Source: a virus
Lineage: Duplodnaviria > Caudoviricetes
Length of the DNA stretch: 41,057 bases
Direction: 5' to 3' (one strand)
IMG/VR virus record: IMGVR_UViG_3300023076_000006
Location: 1 to 41,057 of that record
A program made the position numbers and the translations under genes. Of this stretch, positions 25,452-33,506 are shown piece after piece. The first letter of the stretch is position 1. Every line of letters begins with the position of its first letter. The notes beneath the pieces were generated by a model. It saw nothing but the letters and a program-made list of their open reading frames with translations, had not been told where the DNA came from and ran no database searches.

Positions 25452-25543
25452 GAGGTAATAAGTTTTAAAATCAAAACAATAATTAACACTGGTATTATCA
25501 GCGACTCCCACCAGCCTTCGTATGGAGAAGTGTTTGAATCCAT
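25448..25543 (-). CDS. 31-aa membrane peptide (not in ORF track)
   Basis: MDSNTSPYEGWWESLIIPVLIIVLILKLITS; AT-rich leader. Confidence 0.5.
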   Translation of the reverse strand: MDSNTSPYEGWWESLIIPVLIIVLILKLITS

Positions 25544-25589
25544 AACATTAGTTTTAAATAAACCGGCGCGCCCGAAAGCAACGCCGGTG

Positions 25590-26525
25590 TTAGTGGAACT
25601 TATCAGGAAACCACACAGTTACTTTTATACCGGTGATATGTTCAAATATTGTTGCATCAAAATTTGGAAGCGTTGTAAAAACCTCGCGGGACACTTCATC
25701 CAAGTTATGCCAGGCATTGGCCCAAGCCTCTTTCATAGTAATGGTTTTCAAAAATCCGTCAGCCGTTTCCCACTTTGGATTATCTGATTTTTCTTTATCT
25801 GTCATGACGCTGCCTTGTACCCATATCGTAGGTATGACATTGTACATGAGCTCGACGGCTCTTGATTTCTCCCAATCAATAACAGATATACCAGAAGGCT
25901 TATCAAAAAGGATCAACTCGGGATTATCATTAATACAAAACGCACCAGCATTCCTGTAGCCGCTGTTACTGTCGCCGCTGTTCCTGTTGCCGCTGTTCCA
26001 GTTGCCGCTGTTACTGTTGCCGCTGTTCCAGTCGCCGCTGTTCCTGTTGCCGCTGTTCCTGTGGCCGCTGTTCCTGTGGCCGCTGTTACTGTTGCCGCTG
26101 TTACTGTGGCCGCTGTTACTGTTGCCGCTGTTCCTGTAGCCGCTGTTACTGTTGCCGCTGTTACTGTGGCCGCTGTTCCTGTGGCCGCTGTTAGAATGAC
26201 CTGCATTATTAGTTCCTTCATTAGCAACTATCAGCACTTCGCTCCATGTCAACCTTCTACCAATACGAATGTGATTAGTAGATACCTTTGAGTCTTTTTC
26301 TTCTGTAGAAGTTTCGCCTAATGCTTCAACTTCACAAATAATGTTTTTAGGATCAAAATCGTAATAAGAAAAACAATGCGATGCTTTTACGCAGAAATGA
26401 AACCCTGTTTGGCAAACCACTGGCATACCATCCATTTTATATTCTGTGTGCTCTGCGTACTTAAAATCTCTGCAAGTAAAATCGGGGTTAAAGATTTTAT
26501 ACCCCTTAATTGTAGGTGTAGACAT
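25590..26525 (-). CDS. Phage pentapeptide-repeat protein (NSGxx repeats)
   Basis: N-domain IKGYKIFNPDFTCR..C..GFHFC..CFSYY, central repeats, C-terminal LPNFDA.IF..ITGI; widespread phage family of unknown function. Confidence 0.85.
   Translation of the reverse strand: MSTPTIKGYKIFNPDFTCRDFKYAEHTEYKMDGMPVVCQTGFHFCVKASHCFSYYDFDPKNIICEVEALGETSTEEKDSKVSTNHIRIGRRLTWSEVLIVANEGTNNAGHSNSGHRNSGHSNSGNSNSGYRNSGNSNSGHSNSGNSNSGHRNSGHRNSGNRNSGDWNSGNSNSGNWNSGNRNSGDSNSGYRNAGAFCINDNPELILFDKPSGISVIDWEKSRAVELMYNVIPTIWVQGSVMTDKEKSDNPKWETADGFLKTITMKEAWANAWHNLDEVSREVFTTLPNFDATIFEHITGIKVTVWFPDKFH
25951..26190. repeat. Coding tandem repeat, 16 x 15 bp
   Basis: Unit tt(c/a)c(t/a)gtNgccgctg encoding N-S-G-[NHDY]-[RSW]. 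Confidence 0.95.
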
Positions 26526-26556
26526 AATTGATAAGTTTTTAGGACACTAACCTAAA

Positions 26557-26844
26557 CTATTTAATCCGTACTTCCAAATTAATTATATTAACAGCATCTT
26601 CGTTGTTGAAATACAGGCATATCTTCCCGTTATTTACAAAAGCGCCAACGATAAGGCTGGTGCCCGATGTTGTAGCGCTGCAAAGTATATGTGTTTCATC
26701 TTCCAGGAACGGATCCGGAGCCTCACCGTAATAAACACCCATTGACTCGCGTGTCCATGTTACTGGACCTATCCCATTCCCAAATACATTCGCTTCCGGG
26801 GCATCCGCACCTGTTTGTGTGAGTACAGCAATGTAACTAACCAT
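26557..26844 (-). CDS. Small beta-rich protein resembling a tail-fibre C-terminal domain; start likely ATG 26844
   Basis: YIAVLTQTG..AP...V..N.IG.VTWTR.S.GVY..EVRI; own TATATTTG promoter at 26860-26867. Confidence 0.6.
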   Translation of the reverse strand: MVSYIAVLTQTGADAPEANVFGNGIGPVTWTRESMGVYYGEAPDPFLEDETHILCSATTSGTSLIVGAFVNNGKICLYFNNEDAVNIINLEVRIK

Positions 26845-26866
26845 AGATTTTTTTGGATACAAATAT

Positions 26867-26896
26867 AAAAAAGCCCCGATGTAAAAACAAAGGGGC
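26867..26896 (-). terminator. Terminator after terS
   Basis: gcccc-N14-ggggc followed by T6 on the minus strand. Confidence 0.6.
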
Positions 26897-26926
26897 GTGT
26901 TCCGATGGATTAAACCCGTCCTGTAA

Positions 26927-27304
26927 TTATGTTTCTGGTTTCACGATATTAATCGATACTACCGGTAGTTTCATTTCAATAGCGCCGCCATCAGCACCGG
27001 TCAGCTCGGTGCGCTGGTTATCCTTCCACCCCATGTTTTTCAGGGCGAAGATAGAGCCAGTGGGTGTGGTGCCCTGCAGCATCTCTTCATACATCATCTC
27101 GACCTTAAGGCGGGCTCTTTTGATTATGTAAGAAAACTCTCCCTTCTGTTCATAGTCGTATAGGGATTGCCGTGATTCGAACCCTAAGTGATAGGCCAGC
27201 CCTGTTATAGTCTTCTTTCCCTCTTCATCCGCGAAATACTCCTGCACCTTTGCCTCTAGGTCGCCAGGATCGGTGTAGTGAGCCGGTCTGCCAATTTCTG
27301 CCAT
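26927..27304 (-). CDS. terS: Terminase small subunit (P22 gp3-like DNA packaging protein)
   Basis: GRP..Y....LE..V.EYF, TITGLAYHLGF, IFALKNMGWKD, ELTGADGG. Confidence 0.88.
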   Translation of the reverse strand: MAEIGRPAHYTDPGDLEAKVQEYFADEEGKKTITGLAYHLGFESRQSLYDYEQKGEFSYIIKRARLKVEMMYEEMLQGTTPTGSIFALKNMGWKDNQRTELTGADGGAIEMKLPVVSINIVKPET

Positions 27305-27356
27305 ACTTTGAAGTTACGACGCGGGCGGGATATGGCAAAATTTAGTTATAATAACA

Positions 27357-27550
27357 AGGTAACAGAGTAACAGGAAGGTAACAGGAAGGATTTATTATAT
27401 AGTATATTGATAATCATAGTAAGTAACAGCAGTAACAGGATATTATTGATTTGGAGATAAATTATTTTCATCCCATTTTATATTAATATAGTAGGTTGGT
27501 GTTACCCCTGTTACTTTGTTGATTATCAATGGTAACACGACCTGTTACTG
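27357..27550. repeat. Putative replication origin: RGTAACAG direct and inverted repeats around an AT-rich core
   Basis: About 9 GTAAC/GTTAC copies plus the 11-bp inverted repeat attgataatca (27406)/tgattatcaat (27520), directly downstream of the primase-helicase. Confidence 0.7.
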
Positions 27551-27566
27551 TGCGGGTTTTTGCGGG

Positions 27567-29840
27567 TTAAAATGGATTTTCAGGAAGCGAAATTGTGCCT
27601 GTAGTCAGCTCTGGTTTCTCTCCATCCGCCTCGGTGTAACCCTTATGTAACCAATATCCACGTGTATTTTTTCCGTTGATCTTAACCTGAACGCTTTCCA
27701 AGTTATACACTGCAGCAATGGTTTTACCAATATTATTGGGGTTTATTTTAAGCGAGTGGCTTTTAGCATTAAGTTCCATCGCTATCTCTGTTGATGACAT
27801 AAACCGGCCCTGTCCAGCTTCGGCAGGCTTAAAGTACCGGGCGATCAGTTCCTCCTCTGGTCTGCGAAAACGGTAGTCTTCGTTTAAAAATTCCCGTATA
27901 GCCTTATCCTCTGCATCGAGTTCATAATCAAAACCATTGTTGTATAGCCACCACGCCTGCCCCCAAACCTTATTTATATCAATATTCTTTTTATAAGCCC
28001 AATTGATTGAAACTACATTGAACACAAGCCACCTGGTATTTTCTTCATCATGCAAAAACTCTTTTACATTAGCGGATGCCCAAAAATTTACGCGGCGGGG
28101 TGCCACCTTCTCATGAGTGCCATAGGACCTACGTTCTTTAATGGAAGATTTAGAAATATCAGCTTTTAGTTTATTAATATCTACCCGAGAAAGCCCCGCA
28201 AGTTCTTCGATATTATAGATAAAGTTTTCACTAAACCTTATCTCTGTGTCTTTTTGATTGCCGCCAATAATTGGCGATTCTGTAAAATAATTACCGCCAA
28301 ATGGCGACAGGTATCGTATAAAAGTAGATTTACCAGTTTCCTGTTTCTTCCCGAAAAGAACCATTACGATCCGGTTCTCTTTTTTACCAAGGCCACAGGC
28401 TATACATCGAACCAACGCCTTCTTAAACTGCTTTGACCAAAAACCGTCATCATCAGTTTTTATGTGCGCTGAAAGTTCGTTAATATGGTCCTTTCCATCG
28501 TACGTGGTTGATTTAAAGTATTCAAATATCGGGTCGTATGATTTTACGAAGTCAGATCTAAGTAGTGATTTTATATCTGTAAGACTATACTTAAATCGCG
28601 CTAGCGCCGTTTGCCGGTATATCTCATCTGCGTTTACCTCGGTGTATTCTGTCACACCTACACGCGCCATCTCTGCCTGACCAGATACAAGGTTTAGTTT
28701 GAAATCATATCTCTTTTCAAGCCATATCTGAACCTTCTGAACAGTAGGAAAATCGTCATATCCAAATTCATTTGCAAATTCACCAAATACTCGGTCGATA
28801 AGTATTAACACACGGTCTTTATTTGCTTCGTGGTCTTCACATATTTTAGTAATCTCATCTCCTTTTGGTTTTGCTCCTTTGTGCAGCCATTCAAAAATAA
28901 GGTGACGTTTTAGTTTATAGTTAAGACGTTCAAACGAAGCCTCGATATTAAACGTTGCGTGTTGTGAACGGTAAAGAGAATATACATCGTTGACAGGTTT
29001 TACAAGCCGGTCGATAGAAATATTAGTTTGGTCTTTAAATGTTTTAACTACCATATCACGGCAGAATGATAGTGACATTCCCATGATGTTACAACTACCA
29101 GCAACCGAAATAAGGAAAGACCATTTTTGCCCCTCCGAAAAACTGTAAAGTATTTGTGCCTTTTTAACGGCTTCATTAAAATTATACTCGCTATCTGCCT
29201 CGCCGATAGGTTCCAATACGCTTTGCTCGGCACCAAAATGTTGTTTGTTTTGCAGGTATTGCTGCGATGGTTCGGATATGGCTATTTCATCAAAGTTGTA
29301 CCTTATTTTGGCTTCCGGGTCGTCTGAAACAAATCGCAGCCTTACTACATCATGCAAACCTGGATCTACATTTATGCCCATGTGCTGCTTCATCCCATCA
29401 ACAATAGAAAAGAAACAGTCTTTATGATGATCTGGATTTATCTTAACAACAAATGTAACGCCCTCTCCAGATACAGATATGAAGGACGCGACTACGTTTT
29501 TCATACCAAATATCTGATCGCGAAGTGCCCCCCAATCTTCAATATGAAGGTTTGATTTTTTGTCTATATCTAGGTTTAATAGGCCGGTATGGTTTACGAC
29601 ATTATCATGTTTGCGCCATGCCTTGCATACGGCTGATATAGTTAGGGACGGCAGTTCGTTTACTTTGTATAATTTCTTTTGTTCGCTATCGACGATAGAC
29701 CGGTACTTGTCAGCGATAACTTTATAGTACCCGTTCTTTATCCGTTCCATCTCGGTATAAAAATCAGTATCGTATGGCTTGCAACCTGGCTTATTTTTCC
29801 ATGCTTTATAGGCGGAGATTTTTATAAATGGGCGGGTCAT
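27567..29840 (-). CDS. Primase-helicase (BT4734/VirE-N primase-like domain + VapE-type ATPase)
   Basis: K..LPSLTISA, HTGLLNLDID, FISVSGEG, HDVVRLRFVSDDP; Walker A QETGKST, IEEL, SAN, ENTRWL. Confidence 0.88.
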   Translation of the reverse strand: MTRPFIKISAYKAWKNKPGCKPYDTDFYTEMERIKNGYYKVIADKYRSIVDSEQKKLYKVNELPSLTISAVCKAWRKHDNVVNHTGLLNLDIDKKSNLHIEDWGALRDQIFGMKNVVASFISVSGEGVTFVVKINPDHHKDCFFSIVDGMKQHMGINVDPGLHDVVRLRFVSDDPEAKIRYNFDEIAISEPSQQYLQNKQHFGAEQSVLEPIGEADSEYNFNEAVKKAQILYSFSEGQKWSFLISVAGSCNIMGMSLSFCRDMVVKTFKDQTNISIDRLVKPVNDVYSLYRSQHATFNIEASFERLNYKLKRHLIFEWLHKGAKPKGDEITKICEDHEANKDRVLILIDRVFGEFANEFGYDDFPTVQKVQIWLEKRYDFKLNLVSGQAEMARVGVTEYTEVNADEIYRQTALARFKYSLTDIKSLLRSDFVKSYDPIFEYFKSTTYDGKDHINELSAHIKTDDDGFWSKQFKKALVRCIACGLGKKENRIVMVLFGKKQETGKSTFIRYLSPFGGNYFTESPIIGGNQKDTEIRFSENFIYNIEELAGLSRVDINKLKADISKSSIKERRSYGTHEKVAPRRVNFWASANVKEFLHDEENTRWLVFNVVSINWAYKKNIDINKVWGQAWWLYNNGFDYELDAEDKAIREFLNEDYRFRRPEEELIARYFKPAEAGQGRFMSSTEIAMELNAKSHSLKINPNNIGKTIAAVYNLESVQVKINGKNTRGYWLHKGYTEADGEKPELTTGTISLPENPF

Positions 29841-30130
29841 GAGTTTATAATTATTGATTCTTTTGGAATTTTGTTTTTTATAGTTATGAACAAGTATTTA
29901 ATCCCATCTTCTGAGAAATTAAACCACTCGCCAAAAATTCTACACGCAGAAAAGTGTTTATGTAAATCCCTTTCAATCATTCCGCAATAAGGAACTATAG
30001 CAAATATGAATAAACTTTTTTCTACTGATTTTAATTGAGAAAGTCTTTTTCTTACATTAACACTCTTTCCTATTTTATAATAACCGTTAACAGGATTCTT
30101 TATAATATACAAATGAGAAATTTTATCCAT
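29837..30130 (-). CDS. GIY-YIG nuclease-family protein (T5orf172/MUG113-like); start likely ATG 30130
   Basis: LYII....YYKIGKS..V.KRL..L, IE..LH..F...RI.GEWF. Confidence 0.8.
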   Translation of the reverse strand: MDKISHLYIIKNPVNGYYKIGKSVNVRKRLSQLKSVEKSLFIFAIVPYCGMIERDLHKHFSACRIFGEWFNFSEDGIKYLFITIKNKIPKESIIINS

Positions 30131-30221
30131 AAAAATAAAAACCCTGCAATCAGGGTAGCCGCCCATCATGCAAGGTTTTAAAATAATAAAGCCACTCTCA
30201 CACCGGCTATTGCGTGAATGG
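30131..30221 (-). ncRNA. Kissing-loop/attenuator RNA upstream of the GIY-YIG/primase genes
   Basis: Hairpin loop AAUAGCCG is complementary to the loop CGGCUA inside an 11-bp terminator stem followed by a U tract and ATG. Confidence 0.6.
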
Positions 30222-30226
30222 TTTGT

Positions 30227-30898
30227 TTATGTAAATATAATCCCCTGTTCTGATTTCACCAACAGCAGTTTATCCAGCTGCGAAAAAAAATCTTCTGCAT
30301 CGCGCACGACGGAGTACACGCCGCCGGTCTTTTGTACGATCTTACCAAACTCTTTCTGGTGATCCTTATGCGTATCGCGCCCCACCTTGATTTCAATCTT
30401 CCAGGGGATACCGAAGGGGTGTTGTGGGTGTTTGATATTGGTATCGATGTCCTGCATACCATTCTTACCGGATGAAGGTATCCGGACGGGTTTGGCATCT
30501 TTTATTATCACCCGCCCTTCGTTTCCGGTTCTGTTAGCGAAGTGTCCTGACCATATCAGGTAATTCACAATCATCCTGGTTAGGCCGTTTGACGTGCCCA
30601 CATCCGGCCATTTAGGTTCCATGCCGGGGTAATGTCCATCCCTGAATGCTCCGGGGTATGTACTGGCGAAGTGATCTTTATGCGCCTGCTGGTAACGTTG
30701 TATGATATGCTTAGGTGTTTCGATATTATTTTTCACCTTCTTTTTACTATCCAGTTGCTTCAGCAGCTTCTCTGCTTCCGCGATGCTCCCAATAGGTAGT
30801 GTAACCCCCGCCTTATCCGCGTAGATTTGAAGATCAACAAGGTTTTGTTTCACCTTCTTATGGTTCCAAATGGACAGTTTGATGGTGGCGAGGGTCAT
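30227..30898 (-). CDS. PD-(D/E)XK nuclease, VRR-NUC/Holliday-junction-resolvase-like
   Basis: GMQDID...WKIEIKVGRD...Q..F....GGVYSVVR. Confidence 0.75.
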   Translation of the reverse strand: MTLATIKLSIWNHKKVKQNLVDLQIYADKAGVTLPIGSIAEAEKLLKQLDSKKKVKNNIETPKHIIQRYQQAHKDHFASTYPGAFRDGHYPGMEPKWPDVGTSNGLTRMIVNYLIWSGHFANRTGNEGRVIIKDAKPVRIPSSGKNGMQDIDTNIKHPQHPFGIPWKIEIKVGRDTHKDHQKEFGKIVQKTGGVYSVVRDAEDFFSQLDKLLLVKSEQGIIFT

Positions 30899-31629
30899 GT
30901 GAAGAGGCGCTGCTGTTTTATCGCGTTTTGATACCGTTTCATTCCCGCTTCGTAGTAATATTTGTTAATCTCAATCCCCGTCAGATCCACACCCATTTCA
31001 TGAGCGGCAATACCTGCAGAGAAAGAGCCCGCGTGCGTTTCTAATATTGGACCTGAAAAAGTGGATAATGAGAATAACCACTTATATAGTTGAATTGGTT
31101 TTTGGGTGGGGTGTATCCGTTTTTGATTTAACTTTTTATTACCTTGTTGAGTTGTGGGTTCCTTTAAAGACTTGCCTTGTAGCATGCCGTTCCACAAGAA
31201 TGTAAATATAGTGGTCGGCATATTAAAAGAAGTAAACGCTAATTCGAAGTCGTTAAAATCAGTATTCCCATTTAATTTATCCCAAACTATCCATCCGGAC
31301 GGGTGAGACTCTATCCATTTTTTTAATTCAGGCCTGCGCGGTGTTGGATGTGGGTCACATATAAAATCATAATAGTTCGCGCCCCAAATTATTTGGTTCC
31401 GAGTAGTTCGTTTTAATTCAGAATAATATTTTTCGTCCGGGATTTGATTATCCCATTCGGGTATATTATAAACTCCTCTTTTAACGTTTATAGAACTTGA
31501 TTTCTTACCAAAATATCCCATTTTCCCCACACCTTTAAAATAAGGCGGGTCTCCGCTACCAAGGTCAAACGCCTTATCCGGCAGCGTTGCCATATAGTCC
31601 ATGCAGTTACCATGTATCAGTTCAATCAT
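30895..31629 (-). CDS. DNA N6-adenine/N4-cytosine methyltransferase (beta class), solitary
   Basis: GNCMDYM, DPPY, IHPTQKP, SAM-binding THAGS..GIEI. Confidence 0.88.
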   Translation of the reverse strand: MIELIHGNCMDYMATLPDKAFDLGSGDPPYFKGVGKMGYFGKKSSSINVKRGVYNIPEWDNQIPDEKYYSELKRTTRNQIIWGANYYDFICDPHPTPRRPELKKWIESHPSGWIVWDKLNGNTDFNDFELAFTSFNMPTTIFTFLWNGMLQGKSLKEPTTQQGNKKLNQKRIHPTQKPIQLYKWLFSLSTFSGPILETHAGSFSAGIAAHEMGVDLTGIEINKYYYEAGMKRYQNAIKQQRLFT

Positions 31630-31649
31630 TGCTATCGGGGTTGTGTTGA

Positions 31650-31940
31650 TTAAAATGGAAGATCAGAATTATCGTACTGCGCTGGCTGATGTATATTATC
31701 CCCCTTCGCCGTTGCCTTAAAGGTGTCGACGGCGCAGTAGGGCTTCCCGTCTTTGGATAAGAGTATCTGCAGGCGTATTTGTTTCTTCCCCTGGTATTCG
31801 GTCAGCAGGTGTTCGTTTGCCTTCAGCCAGGTGATAAGGTCGTTTGGTGTTAGTACCATTGATGCGAGGATCCATGCGGGGGCGTTGGCGTGTTTCGGGA
31901 AACAGCGTACGCCGTCGGGCATTATTTTTTCTTCAGCCAT
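31650..31940 (-). CDS. Probable single-stranded DNA-binding protein
   Basis: 96 aa with acidic DLPF C-terminal tip; located in the replication module near the recombinase. Confidence 0.55.
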   Translation of the reverse strand: MAEEKIMPDGVRCFPKHANAPAWILASMVLTPNDLITWLKANEHLLTEYQGKKQIRLQILLSKDGKPYCAVDTFKATAKGDNIHQPAQYDNSDLPF

Positions 31941-31975
31941 AATTATAGTGGTTGCATTAGCGGCAACCGGCGCTT

Positions 31976-32036
31976 TGGTGGAGGTTGGCGAATTGAGCGC
32001 CGACGCAGCGAATGAACGCTGCGCCCCACTACCTCC
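31976..32036 (-). ncRNA. D-armless tRNA-like RNA with encoded ACCA
   Basis: ggaggt/acctcc acceptor + ACCA; ggcg-ctcaatt-cgcc T-like arm; cgcagcg-ttcatt-cgctgcg central arm. Confidence 0.5.
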
Positions 32037-32044
32037 AAAAATTA

Positions 32045-32204
32045 TAGATCGTACAGGATTCGAACCTATGTAACAATACTATCACATACTTTAAGGTAAT
32101 TACTCCGTATTGTTTGTGAACCATATTGCCGTCCTAACCTTGTGCATGGCTTATGAATTATACCATTACGCTTTCGAACGCGCCGTAGCCTAGACGAACG
32201 AACT
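32045..32204 (-). ncRNA. tRNA-Glu-derived RNA with large D-loop and anticodon-arm insertions
   Basis: agttcgt/acgatct acceptor (6/7 pairs), TCGTCTA...GGTTAGGAC Glu-type D arm, atagg-TTCGAAT-cctgt T arm. Confidence 0.65.
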
Positions 32205-32207
32205 ATG

Positions 32208-32308
32208 CGGGAAACGTGGGATTTGAACCCACTTCGGGTAGGCAACGCTGCTGGTGCATTTCACACGCAGAGGGCTGCTGCAGCCTGTCCTGTTTAGGTA
32301 CGCTCTTT
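32208..32308 (-). ncRNA. Degenerate tRNA-like RNA with extended anticodon arm
   Basis: Perfect gtggg-TTCAAAT-cccac T arm; 5' acceptor strand pairs poorly. Confidence 0.45.
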
Positions 32309-32495
32309 ATCCAAGCAACTTACTGGCCTGCTCTGCCTGTTGCTTTAGTTGCTCAACTTCGCCCATTACTGATTTTACAAGTTCATCGCGGAGTTTAGCG
32401 CGTTCTGCCAAAGGTAATTCAATAGCGCCTTTAAGGATACTGTCATAATCCCTTGGCGTACGGGTGCGCGGTTGTTTTAATGTTTCTGTGCTCAT
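32307..32495 (-). CDS. Small coiled-coil protein; start likely ATG 32495
   Basis: ORF in the leftward early operon. Confidence 0.6.
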   Translation of the reverse strand: MSTETLKQPRTRTPRDYDSILKGAIELPLAERAKLRDELVKSVMGEVEQLKQQAEQASKLLG

Positions 32496-32512
32496 GTTGT
32501 ATTGATTTAAGA

Positions 32513-32746
32513 TTAGTAATCTGTATTTTTTAGCTCCTGTAGCCATTCTTTTGCCCGATTGCCAGCCATATTAATTGAATACTCACCCCGATTATGAAGT
32601 TGAGCAACTTGAGCTATATCAAACAATAGCATATCTACTAACTGTATCATATTATTTAGGTTGATAAACCTATCATTATCGGTATGGGTTTCGCCGACTG
32701 GTTTGATTGGGCCAATTAATTTATTAACCACTTCGTAGGTTGTCAT
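32513..32746 (-). CDS. Conserved phage hypothetical protein
   Basis: EVVNKLIGPIKPVGET..D..RF.NL motif. Confidence 0.7.
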   Translation of the reverse strand: MTTYEVVNKLIGPIKPVGETHTDNDRFINLNNMIQLVDMLLFDIAQVAQLHNRGEYSINMAGNRAKEWLQELKNTDY

Positions 32747-32794
32747 AGTATTATCTGTTTGTGCCTTGCGGCGGGTTATAGTGAGGGGTTATTG

Positions 32795-33004
32795 TTAATC
32801 CTCCATCCACCAGTTAAGTAGCGGAATAATTACAATTGCAACAAATAGAAATGATATTGTAAAAATAAGTACCATTTTTATAGAAAAGAGCAGGCACTTT
32901 ATCGGTGCCATGTTGTGAATAAGAAAAGTAGCGCCGCATGCTATTAGCGCTATGAATATCACAAAACACCATAGTTTTAAATACTCCTTTATCGTTATTT
33001 CCAT
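32795..33004 (-). CDS. Small membrane protein (2 TM)
   Basis: Two hydrophobic helices. Confidence 0.6.
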   Translation of the reverse strand: MEITIKEYLKLWCFVIFIALIACGATFLIHNMAPIKCLLFSIKMVLIFTISFLFVAIVIIPLLNWWMED

Positions 33005-33222
33005 CTTTCCCCTGCCCGTAAGGTGGACTGACCGTTAAAGTCGGACCGCTCGATCAGCTCGATGCGTTCCTGTGAATTGAGACTGGTAAAATCTTTATGG
33101 TCTTTACGTACGCGCGACAGCACGGCGTGGTATATTTTATCTGAAATTTCATATACCTTACGGCACACCTGCCCCTGCCTGAATATATCACCTTCCCGTA
33201 GTTCGTGAGCGCGTATGATCAT
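32995..33222 (-). CDS. Hypothetical protein
   Basis: IRAHELREGD N-terminus; ATGA-coupled. Confidence 0.65.
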   Translation of the reverse strand: MIIRAHELREGDIFRQGQVCRKVYEISDKIYHAVLSRVRKDHKDFTSLNSQERIELIERSDFNGQSTLRAGERWK

Positions 33223-33506
33223 TTTAAAGTGGCTTTGTTTATCATTTCTTCATACTCTTTCCTGGCGCCGATCCAGTCCGGCCGTGGCTGCTGATGGTAC
33301 CACGCCTTATCTTCATCGCTAACGGCATCCGGATACTTCGGGAGAACCGGCACAGGAACATCCTGCACGCATGCTATACCTACCGACCTGGCTTGTTCAG
33401 ACCCGTCGTTATACCGCTCCCATGTTGTCACCACTGTCTGCAGCGCCATACGGTACTGCGTGGCAAGGTCGTGGTAGGTGGAGGGAAGCCAGTCGCGGAA
33501 GGTCAT
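33219..33506 (-). CDS. Hypothetical protein
   Basis: ATGA-coupled chain. Confidence 0.6.
   Translation of the reverse strand: MTFRDWLPSTYHDLATQYRMALQTVVTTWERYNDGSEQARSVGIACVQDVPVPVLPKYPDAVSDEDKAWYHQQPRPDWIGARKEYEEMINKATLK

Noticed and set aside
25951-26190. Repeat array as a possible CRISPR or DGR variable/template repeat
   Set aside because: Contiguous 15-bp in-frame units with no spacers; no reverse transcriptase or adenine-specific TR/VR pair seen. The alternative-frame TAAT/VAAV ORFs are by-products of the repeat.
30227-31629. Methyltransferase + nuclease as a restriction-modification pair
   Set aside because: The nuclease has the VRR-NUC/resolvase pattern normal for phage replication modules; the MTase is better read as a solitary anti-restriction enzyme.
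31940-31975. Possible theta/HDV-like ribozyme after the tRNA-like array
   Set aside because: Only a simple ggttgc/gcaacc hairpin; too short for the nested double pseudoknot.
31976-32308. Calling the three elements functional decoding tRNAs
   Set aside because: None has a canonical 5-bp stem with 7-nt anticodon loop and U33; reported as tRNA-like instead. ORFs 31753..32073 and 32216..32398 over them are judged spurious.
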